A stretch of DNA of 49,115 nucleotides from a virus (IMGVR_UViG_3300032330_000578:1-49115), one strand, 5' to 3'; numbered from the stretch's first letter, positions 1 to 10,288 are shown. The notes: generated by a model not told the origin, from the letters alone. Made by a program: numbers and translations.

Positions 1-87
1 CACTCAGTGCAGAAGGAATTCTTTGAACGAGGTAATGCTGCAATGTTACAACGATATGATGGCAAACTACCTTGGAAGAATATATGA
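1..87 (+). CDS. 3' end of a truncated ORF (possibly a glycosyltransferase C-terminus)
   Basis: Open frame 1 HSVQKEFFERGNAAMLQRYDGKLPWKNI*; its TGA overlaps the next ATG (ATGA at 84-87). Confidence 0.55.
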   Translation, partial: HSVQKEFFERGNAAMLQRYDGKLPWKNI

Positions 88-806
88 ATATTATTATCCC
101 CATGGCAGGACTTGGCTCTAGATTCTTCACAGAGCATTACAAACTACCAAAGCCTTTGATTGATATCAAAGGCAAACCTATGATTCAACGTGCGATTGAA
201 ACACTAGACCTTGATGGTCAGTATTTCTTTCTGTTGCGCCAATCTGAATACACGCAACAAACCATCGATGTAATTAAATCTGTAGTTCCTACAGCCAAAT
301 TTAAAATCATAGACTATCTTACAGAGGGTCCAGCATGTTCCGCTTTGCTCTTTGAATTAGATTTGTATCTAGATGATGAATTGGTCATTGCTAATTGCGA
401 CCAGATTATGTCTTGGAATTCGTCTATGTTCTTGCATAATGTTAGAATGTATGATGGCGCAGTTGTAACCTACCATAGTGATACCGAAAAGAACAGTTTT
501 GCTAGACTCAATACAAAAGGGTTAGTGACTGAGATTCGCGAGAAAGAGGTTATCAGCAACGTATCACTAAATGGTATTCATTACTGGGGCAAAAGTTACA
601 GATTCTTTGTTACAGCACGTGAAATGGTTGTTGCCAATGACCGCGCAGAAAATGGCGAGTTCTATATTGGTCCTACATATAATTATATGATTAAGAACAA
701 TTACAAAATTGGTATCTATCATATTCCAAATGAACAACACCACCCTGTTGGTGTTCCTGCTGACTTGGAGAGGTATTTGGCTTATTATGAAAGTAGACAA
801 GATTAA
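84..806 (+). CDS. Sugar-nucleotidyltransferase (NTP_transferase / BcbE-like GT-A fold)
   Basis: N-terminal IIIPMAGLGSRF...LPKPLI signature, TEG, NCDQ, EK and NGEFY motifs. Confidence 0.85.
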   Translation: MNIIIPMAGLGSRFFTEHYKLPKPLIDIKGKPMIQRAIETLDLDGQYFFLLRQSEYTQQTIDVIKSVVPTAKFKIIDYLTEGPACSALLFELDLYLDDELVIANCDQIMSWNSSMFLHNVRMYDGAVVTYHSDTEKNSFARLNTKGLVTEIREKEVISNVSLNGIHYWGKSYRFFVTAREMVVANDRAENGEFYIGPTYNYMIKNNYKIGIYHIPNEQHHPVGVPADLERYLAYYESRQD

Positions 807-1110
807 TAGAATGATGCGTGGTTGGTTCATTGGCAACTTTGAACCATCTCTATATAAGACAGACCAATTTGAAGTTGGCTATCTTACCCATAAGAAAGAT
901 GAAGTATGGAAGGCTCACTATCACGCATTGAGCACTGAGTACAACTACTTGATTAGAGGTAAGATGATTATCCAAGGTGTGGAATTAAACGCTGGAGATT
1001 TATTCGTCTTTGAGCCGGGAGAAATTGCAAATCCCGTATTCTTAGAAGATTGTGAATTGATAGTGGTTAAAACCCCGTCTATACCTTCTGACAAATATAA
1101 TGTGGAGTAG
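787..1110 (+). CDS. Small cupin-domain protein
   Basis: MKVDKINRMMRGWFIGNF start; H-Y-H...TEYNY..GKM and GD.F.FEPGE cupin motifs; overlaps the upstream gene. Confidence 0.7.
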   Translation: MKVDKINRMMRGWFIGNFEPSLYKTDQFEVGYLTHKKDEVWKAHYHALSTEYNYLIRGKMIIQGVELNAGDLFVFEPGEIANPVFLEDCELIVVKTPSIPSDKYNVE

Positions 1111-1112
1111 TT

Positions 1113-2306
1113 ATGGATTTATTCAGACCAGTAGAGTCTTTAGACCAAGAGAAATATTACCTAGCCTACTATGAAATGAGCAGCAAGACTACTTTGCGAG
1201 AAGCCGCATGGAATCTTGCTATTGGTCAAAGCGTAGGCAATCCTAATGTTCGTAATGAATGGGAAACTGAAGAACTTTTTGAAAACCATTCATGTATCAT
1301 CGTTGGCGATGAGCAGCAATATCTAAACAGCAGTGAAGGATTAGTCTGCATTGCTTTTCCAGTAGCCAATACTGATTGGGAAACTGATGGCATCAGTCAT
1401 CTCCTCTGTCAGTTGATGGGGGGTCATGTTGATATTGACGTAATTCAAAAGTGTCGTTTGGTTGACTTGGTTCTTCCATCTTCCGTAAAGAAGCATTTCT
1501 TAGGACCAAAGTTTGGTATCACCGGCATTCGCGAGTTTACGGGTCAACACAACAAACCAATCTTTGGTAGCATCGTCAAACCTAAGATTGGCATCACTCC
1601 AGAAGTATTGCTTGAGATGGTAAAGCAGATGGTTGACGGTGGTGCAGATTTCATTAAAGAAGATGAAATCATGAGCAATCCTGCTATCTGCCCATTAGAT
1701 GTTCGAGTAGATATGATTGCTAACTATCTTGCTAAGCAGAGTCGCAAGGTAGTGTTCTGTCATACCATTAACTGTGACCCGCACATCCTTGCTGATAGAG
1801 TGAAGCGAGTTTATGACCTTGGCGGCAATGGTGTACACATTAACGTGTTCAGCGGTCTTGGTTCATACAACAGCATCCGTAAACTAGACCTACCCTTGTA
1901 TCTGCACTACCAAAGCAGTGGAGCAAAGGTGTTTACTGACGTCAATCACCGATTCAGTATTGCTTGGTCTGTAATGTGTCAACTAGCCACCTTGATGGGT
2001 GTTGATACTATCCAAACCGGAATGATTGGCGGTTACAGCAACGACAATCCGGATGATATTTTAAAGTGCATGAGCATTCTTCGTGAAGGAAACACTCTTC
2101 CCGTATTAAGTTGCGGTATGCATCCTGGTTTAGTGAATCATGTCACTAATCTAGTTGGACCAGACTATCTTGCTAATGCGGGCGGCGCGGTTCATGGACA
2201 TCCTGGTGGTACAGTAAATGGCGCCAAGGCAATGCGTCAAGCAATTGACTTTACACATAATGAAGAGTATAATTTAGCAATTAACAAGTGGGGATTAATT
2301 CAATGA
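1113..2306 (+). CDS. RuBisCO-like protein (form IV RLP)
   Basis: GSIVKPKIG, GGADFIKEDE (carbamylated Lys motif), SCGMHPG and AGGAVHGHPGG; the R295, H327 and K334 equivalents of true RuBisCO appear substituted. Confidence 0.9.
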   Translation: MDLFRPVESLDQEKYYLAYYEMSSKTTLREAAWNLAIGQSVGNPNVRNEWETEELFENHSCIIVGDEQQYLNSSEGLVCIAFPVANTDWETDGISHLLCQLMGGHVDIDVIQKCRLVDLVLPSSVKKHFLGPKFGITGIREFTGQHNKPIFGSIVKPKIGITPEVLLEMVKQMVDGGADFIKEDEIMSNPAICPLDVRVDMIANYLAKQSRKVVFCHTINCDPHILADRVKRVYDLGGNGVHINVFSGLGSYNSIRKLDLPLYLHYQSSGAKVFTDVNHRFSIAWSVMCQLATLMGVDTIQTGMIGGYSNDNPDDILKCMSILREGNTLPVLSCGMHPGLVNHVTNLVGPDYLANAGGAVHGHPGGTVNGAKAMRQAIDFTHNEEYNLAINKWGLIQ

Positions 2307-2941
2307 AGTGGAAGCAAGATTTAGTTAAAGACATTCGTACCTTTTCAGCATATGATGACGCCGATTGGCCACCAAACTCTGAAAAATGCACTCTTGAGGC
2401 ATACAATGCTGTCAATAGAATCACAACGTCTCCGTCTTACAAAGAAGTGACAACCTGCAACTACCTTACTGCTGAACAGCAAATTCGGTCTTTGAAGCAG
2501 TGCCGTGCTATTCTTGAAATTGGTATTAGCCGTAACGGTGAAGGCTCAATCACTCAAGCCTTTCTGAAGAACAAGCCTGATTCTGCCATCTATGTTGGTA
2601 TTGATATTGATGACAAGTCATATCTTAACAACGTAGAAAAGAACATCTACACAATTCAAAATTCATCTTCTGACTATGAAGGTAATCTAAAAAAGATTCG
2701 TGAGTTTGGAGTTGACCAGTTTGACCTCATCTTTATTGATGGTTGGCACAGCGTTAATCAGGTACTTCTTGATTGGGAATACACCAACCTACTTTCTGAT
2801 GATGGCATCGTAGGATTGCATGATATCAACTGGCATTTTGGACCAAAGGATTTTATTGCAGCAGTCAATACAAATCTTTGGAATGTAGAGCGTTTCTGCC
2901 CAGATGACTGGGGTGTTGGATTCTTGTCCAAAAAGAAGTAA
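2303..2941 (+). CDS. Class I SAM-dependent methyltransferase (Methyltransf_24-like)
   Basis: ILEIGI, GIDI, DLIFIDGWH and GIVGLHD motifs; ATGA-coupled to the RLP gene. Confidence 0.8.
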   Translation: MKWKQDLVKDIRTFSAYDDADWPPNSEKCTLEAYNAVNRITTSPSYKEVTTCNYLTAEQQIRSLKQCRAILEIGISRNGEGSITQAFLKNKPDSAIYVGIDIDDKSYLNNVEKNIYTIQNSSSDYEGNLKKIREFGVDQFDLIFIDGWHSVNQVLLDWEYTNLLSDDGIVGLHDINWHFGPKDFIAAVNTNLWNVERFCPDDWGVGFLSKKK

Positions 2942-3663
2942 TGAAGACTGCGCTTCTATTAAGTGGACAGATTCGAAACGCAAAAGAATCTCACGCTAGC
3001 ATACAAACACATCTGATAGAAAAATACCAAGCAGATGTGTTTGTATCAACTTGGAAGCCTGCCTCAAATATTGTCGGTGCAATCGGCTATGCAGTACAAG
3101 ATGATTGTTCTATAGATGAAATCCTCCACCTATACAAACCAAAAGAAGTTTGTGTTGAGGATTTTAATAGCATACCAATCGTATCTGCAATACAAAATTT
3201 AACTTTACATAACAAGACTGCGTATGACGGCACGTTCATTGATGAAGTCAATTTTGCTAATTTGTTCTTTCAGTATTACAAAAGACTTCGTGGCATCAAT
3301 CTAATCGCGCAATATCAGACAATCAATTCAACACAATATGATTGCGTCATAGTGAGTAGGTTTGATTTAACGTTTGACGATTTCCCGTATATTGAACCGC
3401 AACTAGGTGAAATTTACATTCCAGTTGGTCCATATCATGATAGCCCCATGTATCACTATGGAGGATTGCGAGATGTGATGGCTCTTGGTACAATAGATGC
3501 TATGATGAAATATTGCAATCTGTTTAACCATTTACCTAGATATTATGACACAGACTATGGATTGCATCCTGAGTCTATTCTGAGAACACACTTGGAACAA
3601 AACAATCTCAGAGTAAAACGATTTCCAATTTCATCAAGACTAAGAAATATTTCCGTGAGGTAA
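2941..3663 (+). CDS. Putative glycosyltransferase-like protein (paralog A)
   Basis: MKTALLLSGQIR...YD.VI.SRFD...D.MALG...LHPES pattern shared with 4370..5098. Confidence 0.55.
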   Translation: MKTALLLSGQIRNAKESHASIQTHLIEKYQADVFVSTWKPASNIVGAIGYAVQDDCSIDEILHLYKPKEVCVEDFNSIPIVSAIQNLTLHNKTAYDGTFIDEVNFANLFFQYYKRLRGINLIAQYQTINSTQYDCVIVSRFDLTFDDFPYIEPQLGEIYIPVGPYHDSPMYHYGGLRDVMALGTIDAMMKYCNLFNHLPRYYDTDYGLHPESILRTHLEQNNLRVKRFPISSRLRNISVR

Positions 3664-3665
3664 CT

Positions 3666-4373
3666 ATGAATCCGTGTATTGTATCATTTTTTATGGATAA
3701 CATTGACCGCAAGACAGTAGACCTACAAGCAGCTGTTGTGCAGAAGTTTAACAAGAGCAAGGTGAAGCATTACCTAATCAAGGTTGACGCGCCTCACGGA
3801 GTTGCTATTGATTACTTTTGGGCAATGAATGGCTTGAAGCCACATACGCTAGAACCCTATGACATCAAGGCAACTTTAGACCATGACGTCATTTTGTTCC
3901 TAGACATTGATTGTATTCCTCTTCATGAAGATGCAATTGATACCTATCTTGAAGCAGCTGCTGCCGGAAAGATTATGGGCAATGCTCAACGGTCAAATCA
4001 TATTGAAAACAATCAGCATGTCTTTGCTGCGCCATCAGCAGCCGCAATTTCGCGTGATACCTTTATTAAACTTGAACTGCCATCAGGGCTAGAAACCAAG
4101 CGCGGTGATGTTCTTGAAGAGTATACTTTTGCCGCCGAAAAGAATGGCATCCAAGTTGACCTTTCAATGCCATTACGTTATGATAGTCCTCCTAACCGTT
4201 ACGATTGGGAAAAAGACCAACCGCCATACTGGGCACTTGCTGATGGCATGCCTGTATACGGAATGGGTACAACTTATGGCGTTAATGGCAAGGAATTGTT
4301 CTTCCATAATTTCCAGATTCGGATGGAGGGACAACAAGATAAGTTTCAGGCTAAATGCGAGTCTCTTCTATGA
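3666..4373 (+). CDS. Putative GT-A fold glycosyltransferase-like protein
   Basis: ILFLDIDCIP (DxD motif); lies in the glycosylation cluster. Confidence 0.5.
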   Translation: MNPCIVSFFMDNIDRKTVDLQAAVVQKFNKSKVKHYLIKVDAPHGVAIDYFWAMNGLKPHTLEPYDIKATLDHDVILFLDIDCIPLHEDAIDTYLEAAAAGKIMGNAQRSNHIENNQHVFAAPSAAAISRDTFIKLELPSGLETKRGDVLEEYTFAAEKNGIQVDLSMPLRYDSPPNRYDWEKDQPPYWALADGMPVYGMGTTYGVNGKELFFHNFQIRMEGQQDKFQAKCESLL

Positions 4374-5098
4374 AAACAGCGTTGATAGTTTCAGGTCAAA
4401 TTCGCGATGGCAAGAAGTGCTTTGATAGTATTAATGAGCACATCCTGAAGAAATATAATCCTGATGTGTTTGCACATACTTGGATACCAAACGAGAAAAT
4501 GCTTGACCATCGAGGACAGCGTATTGAAGATGATGCGTCCATCGTAGATGTTATGAATATGTACAAACCAAAATCTTTTTTAGTTGAAGATTTTGAATCT
4601 CCAAATAATATTGCTGCATATAATGCATTAGCAAATATTTCTGATGATGCGCCGCATCGGATGGCATATGATGGCAGTCATGCTTGGGAATCTAAATTTG
4701 AAAATGTATATTTTATGTACTATTCTATCTTCAAAGCATGGATGCTTAAGCAACATTATGAACAAACTAACAAAGTCAAATATGATTATTTGATTCGTAT
4801 CAGATTTGATGTTTCATATGATGAGTTTCCAATGTTTGTTTCCAAAGCAAACACTTTACAGATTCCACTAGGGCATTCTGCTAGAGGCGGCATCTCTGAC
4901 TTGTTAGTCTGTGGAGAAGATTTGGTTATGGATAGATATTGTCAACTATTTACAAAAATATTTGACTATTTTAAGAATGGTGAGACGCTTCATCCTGAAT
5001 CAATGTTTAAGCGTTATCTAGAGCAACAAAAAATTAATGTTGAAAGGTTTCCTCTCTCTTACTACTTGAGAGGGAATAGAATTGAGCAATATGAATAG
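4370..5098 (+). CDS. Putative glycosyltransferase-like protein (paralog B)
   Basis: MKTALIVSGQIR...YDYLIRIRFD...ISD...LHPES; ATGA overlap with the upstream gene. Confidence 0.55.
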   Translation: MKTALIVSGQIRDGKKCFDSINEHILKKYNPDVFAHTWIPNEKMLDHRGQRIEDDASIVDVMNMYKPKSFLVEDFESPNNIAAYNALANISDDAPHRMAYDGSHAWESKFENVYFMYYSIFKAWMLKQHYEQTNKVKYDYLIRIRFDVSYDEFPMFVSKANTLQIPLGHSARGGISDLLVCGEDLVMDRYCQLFTKIFDYFKNGETLHPESMFKRYLEQQKINVERFPLSYYLRGNRIEQYE

Positions 5099-5106
5099 GA
5101 GATATT

Positions 5107-5301
5107 ATGGCTAATCGTAGTGATTTTCAACGTGCGGCACTTCCGCGACAAATCAAGAAGTTTCTGCTTGGCGGTAAGTTTAAGGATGCGCATGAGTATG
5201 GTTCAATGAAGCGATTGTTTATTGAAGCGCATAGCATCAACCGTAATGCGCGTAACCGTCGCACAACACTTCAACTAGAAACTTCTGACGCAGAAGGATG
5301 A
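5107..5301 (+). CDS. Small basic hypothetical protein
   Basis: 64-aa ORF with AGGAGA Shine-Dalgarno. Confidence 0.65.
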   Translation: MANRSDFQRAALPRQIKKFLLGGKFKDAHEYGSMKRLFIEAHSINRNARNRRTTLQLETSDAEG

Positions 5302-5549
5302 ACACTCTAGTTGAACTAAGGACTCTGTTTAAAGAGAACAGAGTTCCTGTAACAGAATATGGCGGTTGGTATTTAAAGTGTGGCAATGATTCTTGGGGCA
5401 TAGTTGACGGAGAGTATTACAAGAACTACGTCAAGGTTGACAAGAGTTTTATCAAACAATATGTAATTGATAAGAAAATGCCCGCAAGAGTGAGAGCATT
5501 TAAGATTAATCCAAATAGGGGATATGAAGATGCCAGTGAGAGTAATTAA
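5298..5549 (+). CDS. Hypothetical protein
   Basis: 83-aa ORF, ATGA-coupled. Confidence 0.6.
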   Translation: MNTLVELRTLFKENRVPVTEYGGWYLKCGNDSWGIVDGEYYKNYVKVDKSFIKQYVIDKKMPARVRAFKINPNRGYEDASESN

Positions 5550-5826
5550 ATCCGTAACCGGAGAAGAAATACTTGGTGATGTTGAAGAGATTCAAGGAGG
5601 CTATCTTGTCTCCAATCCTGTAATTGTTATGCTGCGCGGCATGCCGCAAGGTGGACAGATGGGGCTTGAGTTTGTTCCATACATTGCTTATGCAGCAATC
5701 AAGTCTGTAGAGTTTCCTACAGATAAGGTAATTCACGTTTTAGAAGTAGACGATTCAGTTAAAAACCAGTATAATACTATCTTTGGCGGCATTGTCGTGC
5801 CACCCAAGAATATTCTACTGGGGTAA
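5524..5826 (+). CDS. Small beta-rich hypothetical protein of the kind found before gp43 in T4-like phages
   Basis: IKSVTGEEILG...Y...FGGIVVP pattern; position upstream of the polymerase. Confidence 0.65.
   Translation: MKMPVRVIKSVTGEEILGDVEEIQGGYLVSNPVIVMLRGMPQGGQMGLEFVPYIAYAAIKSVEFPTDKVIHVLEVDDSVKNQYNTIFGGIVVPPKNILLG
5747..5775 (+). promoter_or_regulatory. Sigma70-type promoter for gp43
   Basis: TAGACG-17 bp-TATAAT inside the upstream ORF. Confidence 0.5.
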
Positions 5827-5829
5827 AAC

Positions 5830-8358
5830 TTGAACTTCTATACTAATGTAGCCCTCTCAGGTCGAAACATCCTCCTGAGAGGGATTGAGAATGGACAGCG
5901 CATTCGCAGGAAGGTGGAGTATCAACCCACTTTCTTTTTGCCGTCTAAAGAACCAACTGAATTTAAGACTCTGACAGGAGAGTACGTTGCTCCTGTTCAA
6001 CCTGGCACTATTCCTGATTGCCGTGAGTTTGTTAACAAGTACAAAGATGTTGACAACTTTGCCATCTATGGCAACACCCGATACAAGTATGCCTTCATTG
6101 GTGAAGAGTATCCTGGTCTAATTGATTGGGATGTATCTAAGGTTCTTGTTGCGTATCTCGACATTGAGGTTGCATCTGATGATGGGTTTCCTGAACCTAA
6201 AGATGCTAACAAAGAAATCACCGCCATTACCATTAAACTTGGTAACAAGATTCATACCTTTGGTTGCGGTAAATACAATAACACGCAGAGTCATGTAAAG
6301 TACCATAAGTGCGCTGATGAGTATTCATTGCTCAGTCAGTTTATTGACCTATGGACTTTGTATTGCCCTGATGTTGTTACTGGTTGGAACGTCAATCTGT
6401 TTGACATCACTTACATCGTAAACCGTATCATCAACCTTATGGGCGAGAGTGAAGCAAAGAAACTCTCTCCATGGAATCAGGTTCATGCGCGGGAGACAAC
6501 TATTCAAAATCGTACATTCCAAGTGTATGATATTGTTGGCGTGAGTGTACTTGACTATCTTGACTTGTACAAAAAGTATCCAATGCCCAAGTCGCAAGAG
6601 TCTTGGAAGTTGGACCATATCGCATTCATTGAACTTGGTGAGAACAAGTTAGACTACTCTGAGCACGGCTCTTTGTTCAGTCTATACAAGGAAGACTTTC
6701 AGAAGTTTATTGACTACAACATTCGTGACGTTGAACTTGTTGCTAAGTTGAATGACAAAGGTCGATTGATTGACCTTGCGTTGACTCTAGCCTATGTTGC
6801 TAAGGTAAACTACGATGACGTGTTTGCTCAAGTAACAATGTGGGATGCTATTACCTATAATCATATGCTTGAGAAGGGTATTGTTGTACCGCAACCAAGT
6901 GACAAGAGCAAGAAGGAACAGTATGCTGGCGCGTATGTTAAGGAACCTGTTCCTGGTGCATATGACTATGTTGCATCCTTTGACTTGAACTCTCTGTATC
7001 CGCATCTTATCATGCAATACAATATCTCTATGGAAACTCTAATCCAGCCTGACGCATATTCATTAGAGATGAAGGCTATTCGTCAGAGTGATATGACTGT
7101 TGATGAGTTGCTATGTAAAGGCGTGTACACTGACTTCCTAGTTGGACAGGATGCCACAATGGCGGCTAATGGTCAGTTCTTCAAGCGCGATAGAATGGGC
7201 ATGATGCCTGAGATTATGGACTTGATGTATAAGGATAGAACCAAGTACAAGAACATGGCTCAGGATGCTAAAAAGAAGTTACAGACTGTTCTTAGCGATA
7301 AGAAGCAGGTTGAGTATCTTGAAAAGGAAGTCTCACGATACAACAATCTACAGTTGGCAATGAAGGTTACTCTGAACTCTGCTTATGGTGCGATGGGTAA
7401 CAACTACTTCCGATTCTTTGACTTGCGTATTGCTGAAGCCATTACCTACTCTGGTCAGTTGTCCATTCGTTGGATTATGAACAAAGTCAATCAGTACATG
7501 AACAGTGTACTCAAGACAAACAAGGATTATATTGTTGCGTCTGATACTGACTCCATCTATATCCATCTTGGTCCACTGATTGATAAGGTTGGTATCACGG
7601 ATAAGAAGAAAGCCATTGACTTTATGAACAAGGTCTGTGAAGAAAAGATTCAGCCATACATTGACAAGTCATTCCAAGAACTGGCTGAGTATCTGAATGC
7701 TTATGACCAAAAGATGTTCATGAAGCGCGAATCTCTTGCTGACAAGGCTATTTGGACTGCGAAGAAGAATTACCTGCTCAATGTTTGGGATGATGAGGGC
7801 GTTGTATATAAGGAGCCTAAGATTAAGATTGTTGGCATGGCTGCGGTCAAGTCATCAACTCCATCTGCTTGTCGCTCTAAGATTCGTGAAGCAATCAAGA
7901 TTATGATTCAGCAAGATGAGGCAACAATGATTCAGTTTATTGATAAGTTTCGTAATGAATTTAAGACTCTGCCGCTTGAAGAGATATCATTCCCCCGTGG
8001 CGTGACAGGTCTTGCTGAATACTCTGATGGCTCTAACATCTACAAGAAAGGCACTCCAATCCATGTCAAAGCCTCGCTGACCCATAATCATTTCATCGAT
8101 GCGATGCGCCTCAACAAGAAGTATCAACTCATCAAGGAAGGTGAGAAGATTAAGTTCATCTATCTGAAGGAACCTAATCCATTTAGAAATAATACACTTG
8201 CGTTCATGAATGAAATGCCAAAAGAGTTTAATGTCAAGATATACATAGATTATGACCTCCAGTTTGAGACATCTTTCCTAAAGCCGTTGCGTATCATCCT
8301 TGATGCGATTGGTTGGAAGACTGAGCAGGTCAATTCAATCGACGACTTTTTCGGGTAA
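5830..8358 (+). CDS. gp43: Family B DNA polymerase (T4 gp43-like)
   Basis: DIEV exonuclease motif, SFDLNSLYP, K..LNSAYG, SDTDS, KKNY and a C-terminal clamp-binding IDDFF; TTG start. Confidence 0.98.
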   Translation: MNFYTNVALSGRNILLRGIENGQRIRRKVEYQPTFFLPSKEPTEFKTLTGEYVAPVQPGTIPDCREFVNKYKDVDNFAIYGNTRYKYAFIGEEYPGLIDWDVSKVLVAYLDIEVASDDGFPEPKDANKEITAITIKLGNKIHTFGCGKYNNTQSHVKYHKCADEYSLLSQFIDLWTLYCPDVVTGWNVNLFDITYIVNRIINLMGESEAKKLSPWNQVHARETTIQNRTFQVYDIVGVSVLDYLDLYKKYPMPKSQESWKLDHIAFIELGENKLDYSEHGSLFSLYKEDFQKFIDYNIRDVELVAKLNDKGRLIDLALTLAYVAKVNYDDVFAQVTMWDAITYNHMLEKGIVVPQPSDKSKKEQYAGAYVKEPVPGAYDYVASFDLNSLYPHLIMQYNISMETLIQPDAYSLEMKAIRQSDMTVDELLCKGVYTDFLVGQDATMAANGQFFKRDRMGMMPEIMDLMYKDRTKYKNMAQDAKKKLQTVLSDKKQVEYLEKEVSRYNNLQLAMKVTLNSAYGAMGNNYFRFFDLRIAEAITYSGQLSIRWIMNKVNQYMNSVLKTNKDYIVASDTDSIYIHLGPLIDKVGITDKKKAIDFMNKVCEEKIQPYIDKSFQELAEYLNAYDQKMFMKRESLADKAIWTAKKNYLLNVWDDEGVVYKEPKIKIVGMAAVKSSTPSACRSKIREAIKIMIQQDEATMIQFIDKFRNEFKTLPLEEISFPRGVTGLAEYSDGSNIYKKGTPIHVKASLTHNHFIDAMRLNKKYQLIKEGEKIKFIYLKEPNPFRNNTLAFMNEMPKEFNVKIYIDYDLQFETSFLKPLRIILDAIGWKTEQVNSIDDFFG

Positions 8359-8363
8359 CAAAA

Positions 8364-9221
8364 ATGGGATACTTAGCACTACTAGCAGGCTTGCTCCTTT
8401 CAGGAACTGCTGCATACTACTCTATTGTCGGCTTGATGGCAATCTTCCCCGGCTCAACTATTGCTATTGTTGCAATGGGAGCGAGTCTAGAGTTTGCCAA
8501 ACTTGTCGTTGCATCATGGTTGTATCGTAATTGGAAAGCAGCCCCGCTGTTTTTGAAGAGCGTGTTTTGTACTGGTGTAGTGATTCTGATGTTCTTTACA
8601 TCAATGGGCATCTTTGGATTCTTGTCCAAATCTCATCTTGAGCATGCCGCTAGTATGGGGGCTGATACATCTTATCAGATTGCTTCATATGAACAGCAGA
8701 TTGGTTCCAAAGAGAAGACCATCAAGTTAATTGAGCGCCAGATTGATACTCTTGACAATTCAATGCTTAAGTATCTTGAACAGGGTAAAGTCTCTGCAGG
8801 ATTACAGCAGCGTAATAAATTAAAAGCAGACCGAGGCGCACTTGAAAAGCAACGTCAAGTTGCTGAGTCTGAATTGATTAATTTGAATACTAAGATGAAT
8901 GCGTTGAAGATTGATAATGCGAAACGTGAAGTTGAGGTTGGTCCACTTAAGTACATTGCTGAATTAATTTACGGTAGTGATGCCAAGAACCACTTTGATT
9001 CTGCTGTACGGGCAGTAATCATCCTCATTGTTGCCGTGTTTGACCCACTGGCTGTATTGTTATTGATTGCAGCCAATATGAGTTTTATGGGAACAAATAC
9101 AAAGAAAAAGCCTTCTAAGAAGGTTGCCTCTACAAAGAAACCGAAGTATAATAACGATAACCTTTACACCGTCATGATGAATGACGAATTTGGTATACAG
9201 CACAAAAAGGATATACAATGA
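8364..9221 (+). CDS. Membrane protein with a coiled coil, function unknown
   Basis: Three N-terminal hydrophobic helices, a central coiled coil and a C-terminal TM segment (FDPLAV). Confidence 0.75.
   Translation: MGYLALLAGLLLSGTAAYYSIVGLMAIFPGSTIAIVAMGASLEFAKLVVASWLYRNWKAAPLFLKSVFCTGVVILMFFTSMGIFGFLSKSHLEHAASMGADTSYQIASYEQQIGSKEKTIKLIERQIDTLDNSMLKYLEQGKVSAGLQQRNKLKADRGALEKQRQVAESELINLNTKMNALKIDNAKREVEVGPLKYIAELIYGSDAKNHFDSAVRAVIILIVAVFDPLAVLLLIAANMSFMGTNTKKKPSKKVASTKKPKYNNDNLYTVMMNDEFGIQHKKDIQ
9124..9152 (+). promoter_or_regulatory. Sigma70-type promoter for uvsX
   Basis: TTGCCT-17 bp-TATAAT. Confidence 0.55.
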
Positions 9222-10288
9222 GTTTGCTTGAAAAGTTGAGAAAGAATACCACTATCAAGGATTCTGCCATCCTTGCTAAGTCAAAATTTTTTGATGCTAA
9301 GGATATGATTAAGACATCTGTCCCTGCTCTAAACGTAGCATTGTCAGGTGATATTGACGGAGGATTTACTCCTGGTCTTACCATGTGGGCTGGTCCGTCT
9401 AAGCACTTTAAGACAGCATTTAGTCTAATCATGGCAAAGGCTTATCAGGACAAGTATCCTGACTCTGTAGTTCTGTTCTATGACTCAGAGTTTGGTACTC
9501 CGCAGTCTTATTTTGATTCATTTGGTATTGACCGTGAGCGAGTAATTCATACTCCTCTTACTGACATTGAGCAGTTGAAGTTTGATATCATGAATCAGTT
9601 GAAAGGAATCAATCGTGGTGACCGTGTCATAATTGTTGTTGACTCTATTGGTAATCTTGCTTCTAAGAAAGAAGTTGATGATGCCGTTGACCAGAAGTCT
9701 ACAACTGATATGTCTCGCGCCAAGCAGATTAAGTCGCTGTTCCGTATGGTAACACCGCACCTCAACCTGAAGGATATTCCTATGGTTGTCGTCAATCACA
9801 TTTACATGACGCAGGAAATGTATTCTAAGCCTGTCGTGTCTGGTGGTACTGGTCCATATCTTTCAGCTGATAACATCTACATTCTTGGTCGTCAGCAAGA
9901 AAAAGATGGAACTGAACTTGTTGGTTACAACTTTATCATCAATGTCGAAAAGTCCCGTTGCGTCCGCGAAAAGTCTCGCATTCCAGTTACCGTAACCTAT
10001 GAGAATGGTGTTAGCAAGTGGTCTGGTCTACTTGATATGGCTGTTGAATCTGGTCACGTTATCAAACCATCTATGGGTTGGTATGCGCGTGTCAATAAGG
10101 AAACTGGTGAGGTTGAACCTAAGAAGTATCGCATCAAGGATACAGATACCGCAGAGTTTTGGGAACCAATCCTTGAATCAGATTCTTTCAAGCAGTGGGT
10201 CAAGGACAACTATCGTTTTGGCGGCGGCGTGTCTGGTGATTTGACAAAGGAGTTCATAGATGATGAATCTGAAGACGATGATGAATGA
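9218..10288 (+). CDS. uvsX: RecA-like recombinase UvsX
   Basis: GPSKHFKT Walker A, FYDSEFG, DSIGNLASKKE and VSGGTG. Confidence 0.96.
   Translation: MSLLEKLRKNTTIKDSAILAKSKFFDAKDMIKTSVPALNVALSGDIDGGFTPGLTMWAGPSKHFKTAFSLIMAKAYQDKYPDSVVLFYDSEFGTPQSYFDSFGIDRERVIHTPLTDIEQLKFDIMNQLKGINRGDRVIIVVDSIGNLASKKEVDDAVDQKSTTDMSRAKQIKSLFRMVTPHLNLKDIPMVVVNHIYMTQEMYSKPVVSGGTGPYLSADNIYILGRQQEKDGTELVGYNFIINVEKSRCVREKSRIPVTVTYENGVSKWSGLLDMAVESGHVIKPSMGWYARVNKETGEVEPKKYRIKDTDTAEFWEPILESDSFKQWVKDNYRFGGGVSGDLTKEFIDDESEDDDE

Noticed and set aside
1113-2306. True CO2-fixing RuBisCO
   Set aside because: Key RuBP-binding and catalytic residues appear substituted, and there is no small subunit or phosphoribulokinase in the window.
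5802-5824. gp43 autogenous operator hairpin
   Set aside because: An imperfect stem overlaps the ribosome-binding region, but it is too weak and unlike the T4 operator to claim.
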